Assembly (NCBI GenBank): GCA_003450815.1
Contig: DMES01000078.1
Span: 175 to 64,174 of the forward strand
Reading direction: 5' to 3'
DNA: 64,000 nucleotides
Source: Elusimicrobiota bacterium
GTDB taxonomy: Bacteria > Elusimicrobiota > Elusimicrobia > Elusimicrobiales > UBA9959
The notes beneath the pieces were generated by a model, which ran no database searches, had not been told where the DNA came from, and saw nothing but the letters and a program-made list of their open reading frames with translations. Positions 35,515 through 43,404 of this stretch are shown here, piece by piece (position 1 is the first letter of the stretch; each line of letters opens with the position of its first letter). The position numbers and the translations under genes were made by a program.

Positions 35515-38295
35515 GTGAACTTGATTAAAAATAGATTTCTGCAGGGGCTGGCGGTTGTTCTATGCGCATTGCAGTACGGATATGCGCAGAAGTCATCGTC
35601 TGCAACCGTTAGGATAAATTATTTCAGTAATTCCCAATCCGTGCAGGGAGACCTGTTGCCCGATACCGAGTTTATAAAGAAGTCCAGTGCCACATTGGAG
35701 AATATAGAGATTCTGCCAACTTACCGTTCCGGCAATGCTTTTATAATCAATATGCCGGAGGGAATTTCACCTGAAGTGTTGAAAGATGTGAGCGCTAGTT
35801 TTACTAAAACAATCGAAATAAAATTCATAGAAGACGCCACAACACTTCTTGTCTCCTGGCCGCCGGGTAATGATGAGATCACAAAATCCATGTTCGATGA
35901 GTTTTCCAATACAGCGAGAACGCCGGGTTTTCCGCGCGTAAAACTGAAAAACGGATATATTTTCAAAGCACGGCTTCCTGACGGCAGAGACGTAGAGGCG
36001 TTTTCGGACAGGGAAACGATCAGCCCTGGAGATTGGTTTAAGATTCTTATGGTCAATACCCATCTTAAAATGGGTCCCAATCAGGTGGTGGCAAAGTCCT
36101 TCGTAAAACTGTTCGGAGGCTCCGGATTGCTTTCTGATATGGCAACACACGGCTATATGGACAAAGCCGACATTAACATCGGGTTGACATGGCAGCCCTC
36201 TAATGTCAATGGATTGCCATTCGGGGCGACCATGGATTTATGGAATGAAACAAAAAGCCATATCTATGCCTTTACTCCGTACGATTTACCCATCCTGAAT
36301 TCCGTGGCTGAAAAAGTCTCAAAAAATGCCATAAAGATTCCGGAACTTATTCTCGGCAATATCAGCTTGAGTTCCTCAACTATCGGCGGATATGGGAAAA
36401 GGTATACGATAAAGGAGGTCAATGGCGTTAAGATCGGTTTCTTTTTCGTGCTTGATAATAAAGCCAGAATGGCTAGTGTGGGGCCCTTGCCCGCGGAACT
36501 TTCCGACCCCGTGGGGACCTCCACGGAAATAGTGAAAATACTGGTGGATAAAGAGAAGGTGGATGTTGTGGTAATGCTTGCCATGTTTGATGAAGATGAG
36601 CTGCAAACCATCCTTTCGAAAATCCCCGGGGTTGATATTGTCATAAACAACAGCTCCTATGGAAATTTCTACTCGGTGATCAGAACAAACCTGCTGACGC
36701 TTGAGAACTGGGGTGATGAAATAGGCCATCCGGCGGTTGTGGCGGATTTGCCTAACGGCCGGATCGGAAAACTTCAGCTTGAGTTTTCCGAACAAGACGG
36801 TAAAAAGCGGCTGACTTCAGTATTGCAGGGGTCCGAAGGCATGGATTTTGCGGCCCGGCAACGGAATGAATATGATAATTATGATGATAATGGCTTCATC
36901 GGCAGTATCGCTTCTGGGGCCCGTCTTCTGCCGGACCCCACTGCTTTGTGGTCCAAAGATAAAAGACAATACACGCCTCTTGAAATTTTCAACTTAGGTG
37001 CCGTTACTCTAAATGAAAAAACAAAAGCCGAAATCGCATTTTTAAAAATAAGACCTTTTTCCCTAAGTCTGGTAGGGGAAATCCCCGAATCTGTAATCCG
37101 GCACTGGTTTCAGCATTGGGAAATTATTACTGCCGAGCTGGACGGGGCGGCTGTGCGGGCGCTTTTGAAGCAGATGGATTTCGATCACATCCCCGTTTCC
37201 TCAGATGATGATTGGCGGAAAAAATACACCAAAGGGAGCTGGCTAGCCGTGGGCGGCGTGTCAAAAGACGGGCGTGTGGGCGGAATTCCGCTGAACAACA
37301 ATGAAATTTACAAGGTATCGTTCAGCGAGGATTTGCTGGCCGAAGTAAAGGACTTCCCCGCGCTGGGCAGGATTAAGCACAAATTGGACACGGATTTGTA
37401 TTTAGACGATATCGTTGTTGACCAGCTTCTGGAGATTAAAAAGAATTCAAATGCGACGTCCTACGAACAATTGCGAAAGCTGATGGCCGGAACGGCATCT
37501 GCGCGCTGGAAGTGGCGTTTGAACGTCAAGGAGGCGGCCCTGCAATTTTCGGAAACACAGGTTGCAAACACCGCAGCCTTCAGCCAGGTGCCGAATTCCA
37601 AGTTACAGGCTTCAAACCAGATGTTCATGCAGAATTCGCTCAGGCTGGCTTTGGAATCACGCCATGATGCCTTCTGGGACGACACGAAAGTGTCGCTTGA
37701 TTATGGGAAGATCATTCTAAACCCAATTGGTGGGGGAAAAGTGGTAAGTGAAACAGCCGACCAGATGCTTTTTGAGAACGAAATGCGTTATGCCGCTTTG
37801 AAATGGGATAGGTTCGGCGGAGCGGTGCTGGGGCCGCTTGTGTCGTTAGGCTACAATACGGAATTCACACATGATGCCGGTATTCCCAGAAGAAAGATTG
37901 TTGTGGGGAAGGCGGGCGTAAAGGTGTTTGAGGGCAGGGTAATTCAGGATTTTTATAGCGCGGCGGTGATTGAGCGGGATTTTACTTATCCGGACGCATA
38001 CACAAAATTGGCGTGGGAAATGGGAACTCATTTGGGTGGCCTGATAGGCGGAATAGGCCCTGAGTATTCTGTGGACATATCCTACAAACGGTTCTCTCCC
38101 AACCGGTTGAGAGTAACAGATCTTAAACAAGAGTTCGACTTGGCTGCAAAACTTAAAATAAAATTATTTTCAGATCTAAGCTTAAATCCATTCGCAGACT
38201 TTTATTCGGCAAAAGGTGTGAGCGGAGAAACGGCGCATAATTATATTTTCGGGATTTCTCTGGACTACTCCAGGCTTTTTAAAATACGGAACTAG
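35515..38295 (+). CDS. large hypothetical secreted / outer-membrane-associated protein
   Basis: 926 aa. GTG start followed by a signal peptide (AVVLCALQYGYAQ). The C-terminal third has alternating beta-strand-like patterns. No catalytic motifs were recognised. Confidence 0.6.
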   Translation: MNLIKNRFLQGLAVVLCALQYGYAQKSSSATVRINYFSNSQSVQGDLLPDTEFIKKSSATLENIEILPTYRSGNAFIINMPEGISPEVLKDVSASFTKTIEIKFIEDATTLLVSWPPGNDEITKSMFDEFSNTARTPGFPRVKLKNGYIFKARLPDGRDVEAFSDRETISPGDWFKILMVNTHLKMGPNQVVAKSFVKLFGGSGLLSDMATHGYMDKADINIGLTWQPSNVNGLPFGATMDLWNETKSHIYAFTPYDLPILNSVAEKVSKNAIKIPELILGNISLSSSTIGGYGKRYTIKEVNGVKIGFFFVLDNKARMASVGPLPAELSDPVGTSTEIVKILVDKEKVDVVVMLAMFDEDELQTILSKIPGVDIVINNSSYGNFYSVIRTNLLTLENWGDEIGHPAVVADLPNGRIGKLQLEFSEQDGKKRLTSVLQGSEGMDFAARQRNEYDNYDDNGFIGSIASGARLLPDPTALWSKDKRQYTPLEIFNLGAVTLNEKTKAEIAFLKIRPFSLSLVGEIPESVIRHWFQHWEIITAELDGAAVRALLKQMDFDHIPVSSDDDWRKKYTKGSWLAVGGVSKDGRVGGIPLNNNEIYKVSFSEDLLAEVKDFPALGRIKHKLDTDLYLDDIVVDQLLEIKKNSNATSYEQLRKLMAGTASARWKWRLNVKEAALQFSETQVANTAAFSQVPNSKLQASNQMFMQNSLRLALESRHDAFWDDTKVSLDYGKIILNPIGGGKVVSETADQMLFENEMRYAALKWDRFGGAVLGPLVSLGYNTEFTHDAGIPRRKIVVGKAGVKVFEGRVIQDFYSAAVIERDFTYPDAYTKLAWEMGTHLGGLIGGIGPEYSVDISYKRFSPNRLRVTDLKQEFDLAAKLKIKLFSDLSLNPFADFYSAKGVSGETAHNYIFGISLDYSRLFKIRN

Positions 38296-38296
38296 G

Positions 38297-38327
38297 AAGG
38301 GACACAATACCTATTGAGCTGGAATTG
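38297..38327. repeat. left copy of 31-bp imperfect direct repeat flanking the FkbM gene
   Basis: AAGGGACACAATACCTATTGAGCTGGAATTG here versus AAGGGGACGCAATACCTATTCCGTTGGAATTG at 39263-39294. Confidence 0.8.
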
Positions 38328-38333
38328 CGTATT

Positions 38334-39248
38334 ATGTCCCCGTATATGGCTGATATAACCGACAGGAAAGGGCGGAAGATCCGGATAATTTTCCGTGACA
38401 GGGCGGGCAGCGGGAAAGAGCTGAGCGGCGCTGTGCTTAACGCCGCGCTGCGCGTAAAAATAAGCGTTCCGCGCATAATCCGGAAAGCGGCCGGGCCCGG
38501 CTCATTTGCCGGCGGCTGCCTGGTAAAGACGCTGTGCGACAAAGCCATTAAAGAAATATTGGGTCTGGAGCCTGTAAAAGCCGAAATTAAATTTGAGAAG
38601 TGCCGCAGTTTCATGCTGGATGTGCCCGCGGATATCGGGAATTTTCTATCGGACATAAGCGGGATAATAATAGAGAACCAGTACAACTTTGAAGATTTTA
38701 AAAATGCGGTGGTGGTAGACGCCGGCGCCAACATCGGTTTGTTCTCTCTGTACGCAGGTGCCCGCGGGGCCGGAAAAGTTTACGCTTTCGAGCCTGTCAG
38801 AGAAACCTACGGTATGCTTAAGAGCAATATCTCCGCCAGCCACCTGGGAAAGGTCGTTTCAGCTGTAAATGCGGCGCTGGGCGCGCAGCGGGGCACCGCA
38901 AGAATAAAATGCAATACCCGGGGAGAGGGGTCTGCGATGATAGCCGGCGGCAATAGCGGCGTAAACGAAGGTGTCAGCTACGAGCAGACGCGCGAAGTGA
39001 AAATCCTTGCCCTGGACGACTTAATAAGGCGGAAAGTGGATCTTATAAAAATAGATGTGGAAGGTTATGAGAAGAATGTCTTGCTTGGCGCCGCGCGGCT
39101 GATAAGGAAACACAAACCAGTGCTGTCTTTTTCAGCCTATCACCGCAGCGCTGATAAAAAAATGCTGCCGAAAACAGTCTTGGGTTTAAGAAAAGATTAC
39201 AAGATCACTTTAAATACTTTTGCCGAGCATGATTTTTACTGCGAATAA
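38334..39248 (+). CDS. FkbM family methyltransferase
   Basis: VVDAGANIGLFSLYA...VYAFEP...IDVEGYE motifs typical of TIGR01444/FkbM. Confidence 0.8.
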   Translation: MSPYMADITDRKGRKIRIIFRDRAGSGKELSGAVLNAALRVKISVPRIIRKAAGPGSFAGGCLVKTLCDKAIKEILGLEPVKAEIKFEKCRSFMLDVPADIGNFLSDISGIIIENQYNFEDFKNAVVVDAGANIGLFSLYAGARGAGKVYAFEPVRETYGMLKSNISASHLGKVVSAVNAALGAQRGTARIKCNTRGEGSAMIAGGNSGVNEGVSYEQTREVKILALDDLIRRKVDLIKIDVEGYEKNVLLGAARLIRKHKPVLSFSAYHRSADKKMLPKTVLGLRKDYKITLNTFAEHDFYCE

Positions 39249-39262
39249 AATAAGGGTAAAAT

Positions 39263-39294
39263 AAGGGGACGCAATACCTATTCCGTTGGAATTG
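39263..39294. repeat. right copy of the direct repeat flanking the FkbM gene (overlaps mtgA stop)
   Basis: See 38297-38327. This copy encodes the last residues (PIPTE*) of mtgA on the minus strand. Confidence 0.8.
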
Positions 39295-40060
39295 GGCTTT
39301 CTGTTTCCGAGATGATCGTGGCGGCGCTTGAGGTGATCACTTCAAGAGATTCGTCCAGGTCGGCTTCTTCAGTCTCATCCGGCAAATAGCCTGAAGCCCG
39401 CATCCGCGATACAATCTGGCTTTTCCTCTTTTCCATAAAGCGGGTGCCTTTAGTCGGGCTGTAGCGCCTGGGGCTCGGCAGGGCCGCCGCCAGCGCCGCG
39501 GCTTCTTCGGGGGTAAGTTCCAAGGCGTTCTTGCCGAAATATGCCGTAGAAGCTGCCTGCGCACCGTAGATTCCTTTTCCCCATTCGGCTACATTCAGGT
39601 ATATTTCAAAAATGCGCCGCTTGCCCAGCGTTTTCTCAAGCCGGCGGGCTATCAGGATTTCTTTTACCTTTCGCAGAGGGTTTTTTGAAGGGGATAAGTA
39701 AAGATTGCGGGCCACCTGCTGCGTTATGGTGCTTCCGCCCCGCGCCAGTCGCCTGGCTTTCAAGTCGGTCTTAACTGCCCGCCAGGTGCTTTCCCAATCT
39801 ACGCCTTTGTGGCCGTAGAAATTGTCATCCTCAGCCACCAGGACGGCGTGTTTTAAGTTTTCGGAAATGCCATCCCAGCCGGTCCAGATAATATTGCGGC
39901 TCAGTTTTTTGCCTTTGGCCGCGGCCTGGCGCTCCTTTATCAGCATGTAAGAGGTTACAGTGGGGTTCTGTTTCTTCAGCGTGCGCACATCCGGAAGCCA
40001 AAAAACATAAACTGCGCTAGCAAGTAAAACCGCTCCGGCAGCTGCTAAAATAATTTTCAT
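39278..40060 (-). CDS. mtgA: monofunctional peptidoglycan glycosyltransferase
   Basis: N-terminal TM helix. GT51 motifs EDDNFYGHKGVD and RGGSTITQQ. Confidence 0.9.
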   Translation of the reverse strand: MKIILAAAGAVLLASAVYVFWLPDVRTLKKQNPTVTSYMLIKERQAAAKGKKLSRNIIWTGWDGISENLKHAVLVAEDDNFYGHKGVDWESTWRAVKTDLKARRLARGGSTITQQVARNLYLSPSKNPLRKVKEILIARRLEKTLGKRRIFEIYLNVAEWGKGIYGAQAASTAYFGKNALELTPEEAAALAAALPSPRRYSPTKGTRFMEKRKSQIVSRMRASGYLPDETEEADLDESLEVITSSAATIISETESPIPTE

Positions 40061-40062
40061 AT

Positions 40063-41316
40063 TTAATGGAAGTTTTTTTTAAAATCGGCAAAAAAAGCCG
40101 GATATGATTTTCTTACGCAGCTTGCGCCCTTTGTTATCACCGGCTTTCCAGCTATCAGGTTTCCGACGGCCGCCGCCATGGCTATGCGGTGGTCGTTGAA
40201 TGTTTCAATCGGTTTGCCGCCCCGGATTTGCTGCGGGCCGGTTATTATTAATGAATCGGTTTTGAAAGAAGCCTTTATCCCTAGGCGCTCAAGCAGGAGT
40301 AAAGTTGTTTTTATCCTGTCGGATTCTTTATGCCGCAGTTCAGTAACACCCTGTATTATCGTTTTGCCTTCGGCTGAGGCGGCCAAAAGAGCCAGCAGCG
40401 CAAGCTCATCTATCATTGACGGAATTTCATCCGGCGCTATTTTAACGCCCTTAAGCCTGGCCGGAAAAACTTGAATCACGCCAACCGGTTCAGGCCTGGT
40501 TTTTTTTATTTTTATTTTCAGGCGTACGCCCATCTTTTTAAGTGTTTTTAAAAAACCGAGCCTTGAGGGATTAAGGCCGACATTCTTTATTAAAAGCGTC
40601 CGGTCTGAAAGCAGGGCCGCCGCTATAAAAGGCGCGGCCGAGGAAATGTCACCTGGTATTGTTATGTGACCGGCGGAAAGGGGGCCCGGTTTTAAAATTG
40701 TTGTGAGGCCGCTTATCGTTATTTTAGCGCCAAAGTGTTTAAGCAGCCTTTCCGTGTGGTCGCGGGTCTTAAAGCGTTCCGTTACCGAGGTGCGGCCATC
40801 TGCGTAAAGTCCCGCCAGCAGTGCGGCCGATTTTACCTGTGCGCTGGGAACTGAAAGTTTAAGGCGGGCTCCGGTAAGCGGGGCTCCGGATATTTTTAGC
40901 GGTGCCAGGCCGTTTTGGGAACTTATTCTGGCGCCCATGGCCGAAAGCGGCTCGGTCAGGCGCGCCATAGGCCTTTTCAAAAGCGAGCCGCGTCCAGTAA
41001 GGACCGAATTAAAATCCTGACCCGCCAGCAGGCCGGCCATAAGGCGCATTGTTGTGCCGGATTCTCCTGCGCTCAACGGTCCGGCCGGTTCTTTAAGACC
41101 TTTGAGTCCCAGCCCTTCGACTTGCAGGCTCTTCTTTAAAAAATTTATTTTGACGCCAAGCTTTTTAAGACAGGCCGCAGTGGCAAGGGTATCTTCGCAT
41201 ATAGATGGATTAAAAATGCTGGTTGTGCCGTCCGCAATAGCGGCAAGTATCAGAGCCCGGTGTGTGATGGCTTTGTCAGGAGGGGGTGTGTAGGAGTTAC
41301 TTGGAGTGTTTTCCAT
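40063..41316 (-). CDS. aroA: 3-phosphoshikimate 1-carboxyvinyltransferase (EPSP synthase)
   Basis: PPDKAITHRALILAA and LKISGAPL motifs. I preferred the ATG at 41316 to the TTG track start at 41334. Confidence 0.92.
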   Translation of the reverse strand: MENTPSNSYTPPPDKAITHRALILAAIADGTTSIFNPSICEDTLATAACLKKLGVKINFLKKSLQVEGLGLKGLKEPAGPLSAGESGTTMRLMAGLLAGQDFNSVLTGRGSLLKRPMARLTEPLSAMGARISSQNGLAPLKISGAPLTGARLKLSVPSAQVKSAALLAGLYADGRTSVTERFKTRDHTERLLKHFGAKITISGLTTILKPGPLSAGHITIPGDISSAAPFIAAALLSDRTLLIKNVGLNPSRLGFLKTLKKMGVRLKIKIKKTRPEPVGVIQVFPARLKGVKIAPDEIPSMIDELALLALLAASAEGKTIIQGVTELRHKESDRIKTTLLLLERLGIKASFKTDSLIITGPQQIRGGKPIETFNDHRIAMAAAVGNLIAGKPVITKGASCVRKSYPAFFADFKKNFH

Positions 41317-41749
41317 TTTTCCCTGCCGCGGCAAGGCAGAAGTCTATGGCTTTTAGATATGAATCGGCACCGAAGCCTTTTATCTGCTTAACGCAGACAG
41401 GTTTGATAACGGAGATTTTACGGAATGGCTCGCGTTTTGAAATATCGCTGAGGTGAATTTCTACGGCGAACATCTCCAAGGCTTTTATGGCATCGCGTAT
41501 GGCATAGCTGTAATGGGTATAGGCAGCCGGGTTTATAATCAGCGCATCGGTCCAGGCAGCGTTGGCCGTCAGCAGGTCAATAATGGCGCCTTCGCAGTTG
41601 CTCTGGAAACAGCGGGTTTTCACTCCGCGCGCGGCGGCGTGGTTTTTTATTAAAGCGTTCAAAGCTTTAAGCGTAATCCTGCCGTAAATGCCGGGTTCTC
41701 TTTTGCCGAGTAAATGTAAATTCGGGCCATGAATAACCAGTAGGTTCAT
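41297..41749 (-). CDS. aroQ: type II 3-dehydroquinate dehydratase
   Basis: LVIHGPNLHLLGKREPGIYG N-terminus. 150 aa. Confidence 0.93.
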   Translation of the reverse strand: MNLLVIHGPNLHLLGKREPGIYGRITLKALNALIKNHAAARGVKTRCFQSNCEGAIIDLLTANAAWTDALIINPAAYTHYSYAIRDAIKALEMFAVEIHLSDISKREPFRKISVIKPVCVKQIKGFGADSYLKAIDFCLAAAGKNGKHSK

Positions 41750-42843
41750 TTTAGCGTTTCCTCTAATGCTATTTTCAGTATGGCCGGTTTTATGTTTTCC
41801 GCTGTTTCCATAAGACCGGGCGCCTTTATCAGCACAAAGCGATTTATGTTCCCGCGCGCTTTTTTATCTTTTGAAACAAGCGCGAGGAAGCGCTTGAAAT
41901 CCCCGCAGGCCGCGCTCAGGGGTTTAAGGCCGAGCCCGCGTATAAGGGCGGTCAGTTTAGTAAATTCTGTTTCGGGCAGCAGGCCTGTCTCTTTTGAAAC
42001 TATCAGGGCAAAAAACAGGCCGTGTGCCACGGCTTCGCCGTGAGGAAGTTTGCCTTTAGAAAGCGTTTCAAACGCGTGCGCGGCCGTGTGCCCGAAGTTT
42101 AACAGTTCCCGTTCACCGTTCTCGTCTTTTTCGTCTTTTGAAACAATAAACATCTTGAATTCGGCGCAGGCTTTGACACATTTGAAAAGGGCGCTACGGT
42201 CGCCTTTTAGGGCGGCGTTAAGGTTCGACAGCACGGTTTCGCGCAGGGAGTTGCCGCCTATAAAGGCATATTTTAAAAGCTCTCCGGCGCCGGAGAGCAG
42301 TTCTTCGCGCGGCAGGGAATCCAGGAAGGCCGTATCGCAAACGGTCAGGTCAGGTTGATAAAAAGAGCCGAGCATGTTCTTTATTCCGCCAAGATTGACG
42401 GCGGTCTTTCCGCCAAGGCCCGCGTCTATCTGGCCCAGAAAAGTGGTGGGGACGCTTATCCATTTTATTCCCCTCATGTAAATTGAGGCTGCAAACCCGG
42501 CCAGGTCCGTAACCGAACCTCCTCCCGCAGCGAGTAAAAGAGACTGGCGGGAAAAGCTGTGTTTGAGCAGGAAAAGGCAGAGTCTTTCCAATTCAGCAAT
42601 GTTTTTGTTGCCGCCGCGGCCGGTCAGGCTGTAATAAATAAAATTTTTTCGCGTTGGGCCAAGCAGGCGCTTAAGGTTTTTGCTGAATTTATTTTCGGCG
42701 AGTGGTTCCGTTACCACGCAGACCTTGTCCGCTGCGTCAAAAAGCCCGCCAAAAACCCCCGGCAGGTTTTTGAGCCCAGTGGTAAAAACGGTTTTAACGG
42801 TCTTTTCCTCTTTAATGTTCAAAGCGAGTATTTCTGTTTTCAT
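41746..42843 (-). CDS. aroB: 3-dehydroquinate synthase
   Basis: GGGSVTDLAGFAASIYMRGI and metal-binding His pattern (NFGHTAAHAFE...HGEAVAHG). I preferred the ATG at 42843 to the TTG at 42861. Confidence 0.9.
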   Translation of the reverse strand: MKTEILALNIKEEKTVKTVFTTGLKNLPGVFGGLFDAADKVCVVTEPLAENKFSKNLKRLLGPTRKNFIYYSLTGRGGNKNIAELERLCLFLLKHSFSRQSLLLAAGGGSVTDLAGFAASIYMRGIKWISVPTTFLGQIDAGLGGKTAVNLGGIKNMLGSFYQPDLTVCDTAFLDSLPREELLSGAGELLKYAFIGGNSLRETVLSNLNAALKGDRSALFKCVKACAEFKMFIVSKDEKDENGERELLNFGHTAAHAFETLSKGKLPHGEAVAHGLFFALIVSKETGLLPETEFTKLTALIRGLGLKPLSAACGDFKRFLALVSKDKKARGNINRFVLIKAPGLMETAENIKPAILKIALEETLK

Positions 42844-42844
42844 C

Positions 42845-42933
42845 AAAAGTTTTTGCCGCAAAAATTTTTACCATATCCGGCATGGGGATGGATAAAACCC
42901 CGTGTCGTGTAGGATAAAATGTTGTTCCTCAAC
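42845..42933 (-). promoter_or_regulatory. split copy of the hairpin + palindrome intergenic module upstream of aroB
   Basis: The palindrome motif GTTTTTGCCGCAAAAATTTTTACC is at 42849-42872. The exact 20-mer ATAAAATGTTGTTCCTCAAC is at 42914-42933, overlapping the stop of the DUF360 gene. The two parts are separated by 41 bp. Confidence 0.6.
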
Positions 42934-43261
42934 TAAACCCGGAAAGGAAAGCATTTATTATCCACAGTACCAGAGCAAATATCATAGCCCACCAGAAACT
43001 AGCCACATGAAACCCCGGTACCAGCCAACTGACCAACTGCACCATCCCGCCGATAATCACGAAAGTAAAAAGTCCCAGCGTCAGTATGTTTATAGGCAGG
43101 GTAAGAATTATTAGTATGGGCCGCAGCACGGCATTTGCAGCACCCAGAACCACGGCCACCACCAGCGCGGTTGTAAAACTGTCAAGTTTGACTCCCGGGA
43201 GGATTCTGGCCGTAACAAAAACCGCCACCGCGCTCAAAACCAGATGGATGATTATTTTCAT
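42929..43261 (-). CDS. DUF360 / phage holin family 4-like small membrane protein (YvlD-like)
   Basis: 110 aa with 3-4 TM helices. The pattern VFVTARILPGVKLDSF...LGAANAVLRPIL is typical of this family. Confidence 0.7.
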   Translation of the reverse strand: MKIIIHLVLSAVAVFVTARILPGVKLDSFTTALVVAVVLGAANAVLRPILIILTLPINILTLGLFTFVIIGGMVQLVSWLVPGFHVASFWWAMIFALVLWIINAFLSGFS

Positions 43262-43324
43262 ATGAATTTTTCAGGCTCGAAGCCGCAGAAACAATAATAC
43301 CAATTTTTCCGCCTATCCCCCTCG

Positions 43325-43360
43325 CAAAACAAAACCGCCGGGGGGCTCCCCGGCGGTTTC
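43325..43360 (-). terminator. rho-independent terminator after the Gly/Pro-repeat gene
   Basis: Minus strand has AACCGCCGGGG-agcc-CCCCGGCGGTT followed by TTGTTTTG. Confidence 0.8.
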
Positions 43361-43404
43361 GCATTAATGGTCAACAGGACAAAATCTGCGCTGTTGACGC
43401 TCCT

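Noticed and set aside
35515-38295. Possible 5'-nucleotidase/metallophosphoesterase domain in the 926-aa protein (VVMLAMFDEDEL...VDIVINNSS)
   Set aside because: The metal-binding signature motifs (DxH, GDxxDR, GNHE) were not found, so no enzymatic call was made.
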